Part shown: piece by piece, positions 26,939 through 29,429 of the stretch
How the letters are laid out: each line of letters begins with the position of its first letter
How positions within the stretch are numbered: the stretch's first letter is position 1
DNA from: a bacterium
GTDB lineage: Bacteria > Zixibacteria > MSB-5A5 > GN15 > FEB-12
DNA length: 29,429 nucleotides
Assembly (NCBI GenBank): GCA_043811375.1
Contig: JBDRNJ010000062.1
Span: forward strand, 1-29,429
Reading direction: 5' to 3'
Made by a program: the position numbers and the translations under genes
Notes under the pieces: model-generated
What the model saw: the letters and a program-made list of their open reading frames with translations, nothing else
Databases searched by the model: none
Told to the model about the DNA's origin: nothing

Positions 26939-29429
26939 ATGAAAGTGAAGATCTTGCTGGGTCTGGTGGGGCTGCTGGCCCTAACCGCACCGCATGCCAA
27001 CGCTCAGGATCCGGGAACTCCGGATACAGTGGCTATGGTATTCTCGGTATGCCCTGATGCTAACCCCACCCAATTACAGGTACAGGTTGACCTTTGGGTA
27101 TTCACCGATTCGGTTCTGCGGGCGACAACGATGGGGTTCAACTGGGACAATCCTAACCTGCAGATGGACAGCGCTAAAGGTACACCCTATATTACCGGCC
27201 TGGGTAATAACCTGGGTCCGTTCTTCTATGAAAACAGCAGCATCGCTGTCACTAACGCCAATCAGCGTTTCCTTTGGGGCTGGGCTCAGATGGCGGGCTC
27301 GAAGATTCCCGCTAATCCCACCCGACAGCACTGGGGCAGCTACTTCTTCACGCTGTCAAACTGGAGCGCCGGCGACTGGATCGTACTCGACACGGGTACC
27401 TTCAACGACGGCTCCAAGTGGCGGTTTAACGGGGACTCATCCGGGACCATCATTTACTTTGAACCCCAGTGGGAAGGCACAGTGGTAATAGGTAACGAGT
27501 GTGGTCCGACGTGCGTGGATTATGACGGCGACGGTTATGGCGAGCCCGGTTATCCGAACAGTAATTGTCCCGACGACAACTGTCCGGACGTATATAATCC
27601 TTCGCAGCAGGATAGTGACGGCGATGGAATCGGCAACGCCTGTGACAATTGCCCGGACGACTATAACCCCGGCCAGGAAGATAACGACAACGACAGCCTG
27701 GGCAATGTCTGTGACAACTGCCCGGACGACTACAATCCTCTTCAGGAAGACAGTGACAGCGATGGGATCGGTGACTCCTGTGACGTCTGCCCTTTTGATC
27801 CCGACAACGATATCGATGGCGATGGTGTCTGCGGTGACGTGGACAACTGTGTAACCACGCCCAATCCCAACCAGGAAGACTATGACTCCGACGACCTCGG
27901 TGACTCCTGCGACAACTGCATCGAGGTGGCCAACCCGGGTCAGGAGGATGGCGACTCTGACGGTATCGGCAATGCCTGTGATAACTGCCCGACCAACTAC
28001 AATCCGGGTCAGGAGGATGGCGACTCAGATGGCATCGGCAATGTCTGCGACAACTGCCCGGACGATTACAATCCCACCCAGGAAGATGTCGACGCCGACG
28101 GCGTGGGTGACAGTTGCGACAATTGCCCGACCAACTACAATCCGGGTCAGGAGGACTTCGACGGCGACAACGTCGGTGACTCCTGTGACAATTGTATCAC
28201 TACTTCCAATCCGGGCCAGGAGGATGGCGACAGTGACGGTGTGGGCAACGTCTGCGACAACTGCCCTACTGATCCCAACTCCAACCAGGCTGACAACGAC
28301 ACCGACGGCCTTGGTAATGTCTGTGATAACTGCCCCGACGACGCCAACCCGCTTCAAGAGGACAGTGACAGCGACGGTATCGGTGATTCCTGCGACGTCT
28401 GTCCCTTTGATCCCGACAACGATATTGACGGCGACGGGGTATGTGGTGACGTCGACAACTGCGTAACTACTCCCAACCCCAGCCAGGAAGACTATGACGG
28501 CGACAACATCGGTGACTCCTGCGACAACTGCATCCAGACGGCTAACCCGGGTCAGGAGGACGGCGACAGTGACGGTGTGGGTAACGTCTGCGATAACTGC
28601 CCCACTGATCCCAACTCCGATCAGGCTGACAACGACACCGATGGCCTTGGTAATGTCTGCGACAACTGCCCCGACGACGCCAACCCGCTTCAGGAGGACA
28701 GTGACAGCGACGGTCTCGGTGACTCCTGCGACGTCTGTCCGTTTGATCCCGACAACGATATCGACGGTGACGGGGTTTGCGGCGACGTCGACAACTGCGT
28801 AACTACTCCCAACCCCAGCCAGGAGGACTATGACGGTGATAACGTCGGTGACTCCTGCGACAACTGCATCACCGTAGCCAATCCGGGTCAGGAGGACGGT
28901 GACTCCGACGGAGTCGGGGATGCCTGTGACAACTGTCCGACCGACGCCAACCCCGCTCAGGAGGATATCGATGCGGACGGTGTCGGTGATAGTTGCGACA
29001 ACTGCCTCACTATTGCCAACCCCGCTCAGGAGGATGTCGATGCGGACGGTGTCGGTGACAGTTGCGACAACTGCCCCTCCGATTACAACCCCAATCAGGA
29101 AGATGCTGACTTGGATGGACTGGGTAACGTCTGCGATAACTGCCCCGACAACAACAATCCAGCTCAGGAGGACATCGACACTGACGGCGTCGGTGATAGT
29201 TGCGACAACTGCCTCACCGTTGCCAACCCCGCTCAGGAGGATATCGATGCGGACGGTGTCGGTGACAGTTGCGACAACTGCCTCACTATCGCCAACCCCG
29301 CTCAGGAGGATGTCGATGCGGACGGTGTCGGTGATAGTTGCGACAACTGCCTCACTATTGCCAATCCCGCTCAGGAGGATGTCGATGCGGACGGTGTCGG
29401 TGACAGTTGCGACAACTGCCCCTCCGATT
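26939..29429 (+). CDS. large secreted protein: possible cohesin-like beta-sandwich followed by thrombospondin type-3 Ca2+-binding repeats (3' truncated by the window; absent from ORF track)
   Basis: SD AGGAGG, ATG 26939, [31 protein letters not shown]...; frame open to the window end; repeats DNCPxxxNPxQEDxDxDGxGDxC. Confidence 0.92.
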   Translation, partial: MKVKILLGLVGLLALTAPHANAQDPGTPDTVAMVFSVCPDANPTQLQVQVDLWVFTDSVLRATTMGFNWDNPNLQMDSAKGTPYITGLGNNLGPFFYENSSIAVTNANQRFLWGWAQMAGSKIPANPTRQHWGSYFFTLSNWSAGDWIVLDTGTFNDGSKWRFNGDSSGTIIYFEPQWEGTVVIGNECGPTCVDYDGDGYGEPGYPNSNCPDDNCPDVYNPSQQDSDGDGIGNACDNCPDDYNPGQEDNDNDSLGNVCDNCPDDYNPLQEDSDSDGIGDSCDVCPFDPDNDIDGDGVCGDVDNCVTTPNPNQEDYDSDDLGDSCDNCIEVANPGQEDGDSDGIGNACDNCPTNYNPGQEDGDSDGIGNVCDNCPDDYNPTQEDVDADGVGDSCDNCPTNYNPGQEDFDGDNVGDSCDNCITTSNPGQEDGDSDGVGNVCDNCPTDPNSNQADNDTDGLGNVCDNCPDDANPLQEDSDSDGIGDSCDVCPFDPDNDIDGDGVCGDVDNCVTTPNPSQEDYDGDNIGDSCDNCIQTANPGQEDGDSDGVGNVCDNCPTDPNSDQADNDTDGLGNVCDNCPDDANPLQEDSDSDGLGDSCDVCPFDPDNDIDGDGVCGDVDNCVTTPNPSQEDYDGDNVGDSCDNCITVANPGQEDGDSDGVGDACDNCPTDANPAQEDIDADGVGDSCDNCLTIANPAQEDVDADGVGDSCDNCPSDYNPNQEDADLDGLGNVCDNCPDNNNPAQEDIDTDGVGDSCDNCLTVANPAQEDIDADGVGDSCDNCLTIANPAQEDVDADGVGDSCDNCLTIANPAQEDVDADGVGDSCDNCPSD
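27575..29429 (+). repeat. coding tandem array: 24 x 69-nt and 3 x 60-nt units plus a partial unit
   Basis: Units start at 27575, 27644, 27713, ... 29342, 29411; short units ([20 protein letters not shown]) at 27782, 28394 and 28730. Confidence 0.92.

Noticed and set aside
26994..28802. Thr/Ala-rich and antisense ORFs in the track (26994, 27501, 27882, 28494 etc.)
   Set aside because: Out-of-frame shadows of the TSP3 gene starting at 26939. The other overlapping short ORFs in the window are likewise shadows of real genes.
27575..29429. CRISPR-like periodic array
   Set aside because: Units are in-frame coding repeats with wobble variation, with no unique spacers and no cas genes.

Overview
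Bacterial chromosomal segment of moderately high GC, most consistent with candidate division Zixibacteria (FCB group). This assignment is inferred from the C-terminal 'GDVDGSG..DVGDLTYLVAYLFQGGPPP.C' dockerin-like tails. Gene content in order: two small hypothetical genes (-); an apparently non-coding, hairpin-rich ~470-nt unit (-); fumC; a low-GC ORFan; two secreted dockerin-tailed proteins plus an orphan dockerin-coding remnant; a partial exopolysaccharide/capsule cluster (-) with a Wza/SLBB exporter, a degenerate HisC-fold protein, a WcaJ-type priming transferase and Wzi; a FadL-type barrel with an esterase-fold lipoprotein; a BshB1-like deacetylase; greA; a TPP riboswitch followed by a TonB-dependent receptor and Na+:solute symporter (-); a GT-C/TPR glycosyltransferase, M24 peptidase and NUDIX hydrolase; and a large secreted protein (possible cohesin-like N-domain plus at least 27 thrombospondin type-3 repeats) that runs off the window and is missing from the ORF track. 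Most notable: (i) three sigma54 promoters with shared upstream architecture linking the EPS genes to an unknown two-gene operon; (ii) a candidate novel structured RNA containing an SD-AUG-UAA start-stop; (iii) two apparent pseudoenzymes, one carrying a Cys-stapled insertion dense in D-S/T sequons; (iv) possible non-cellulosomal cohesin-dockerin surface machinery. All assignments come from visual motif reading; no database searches were run.
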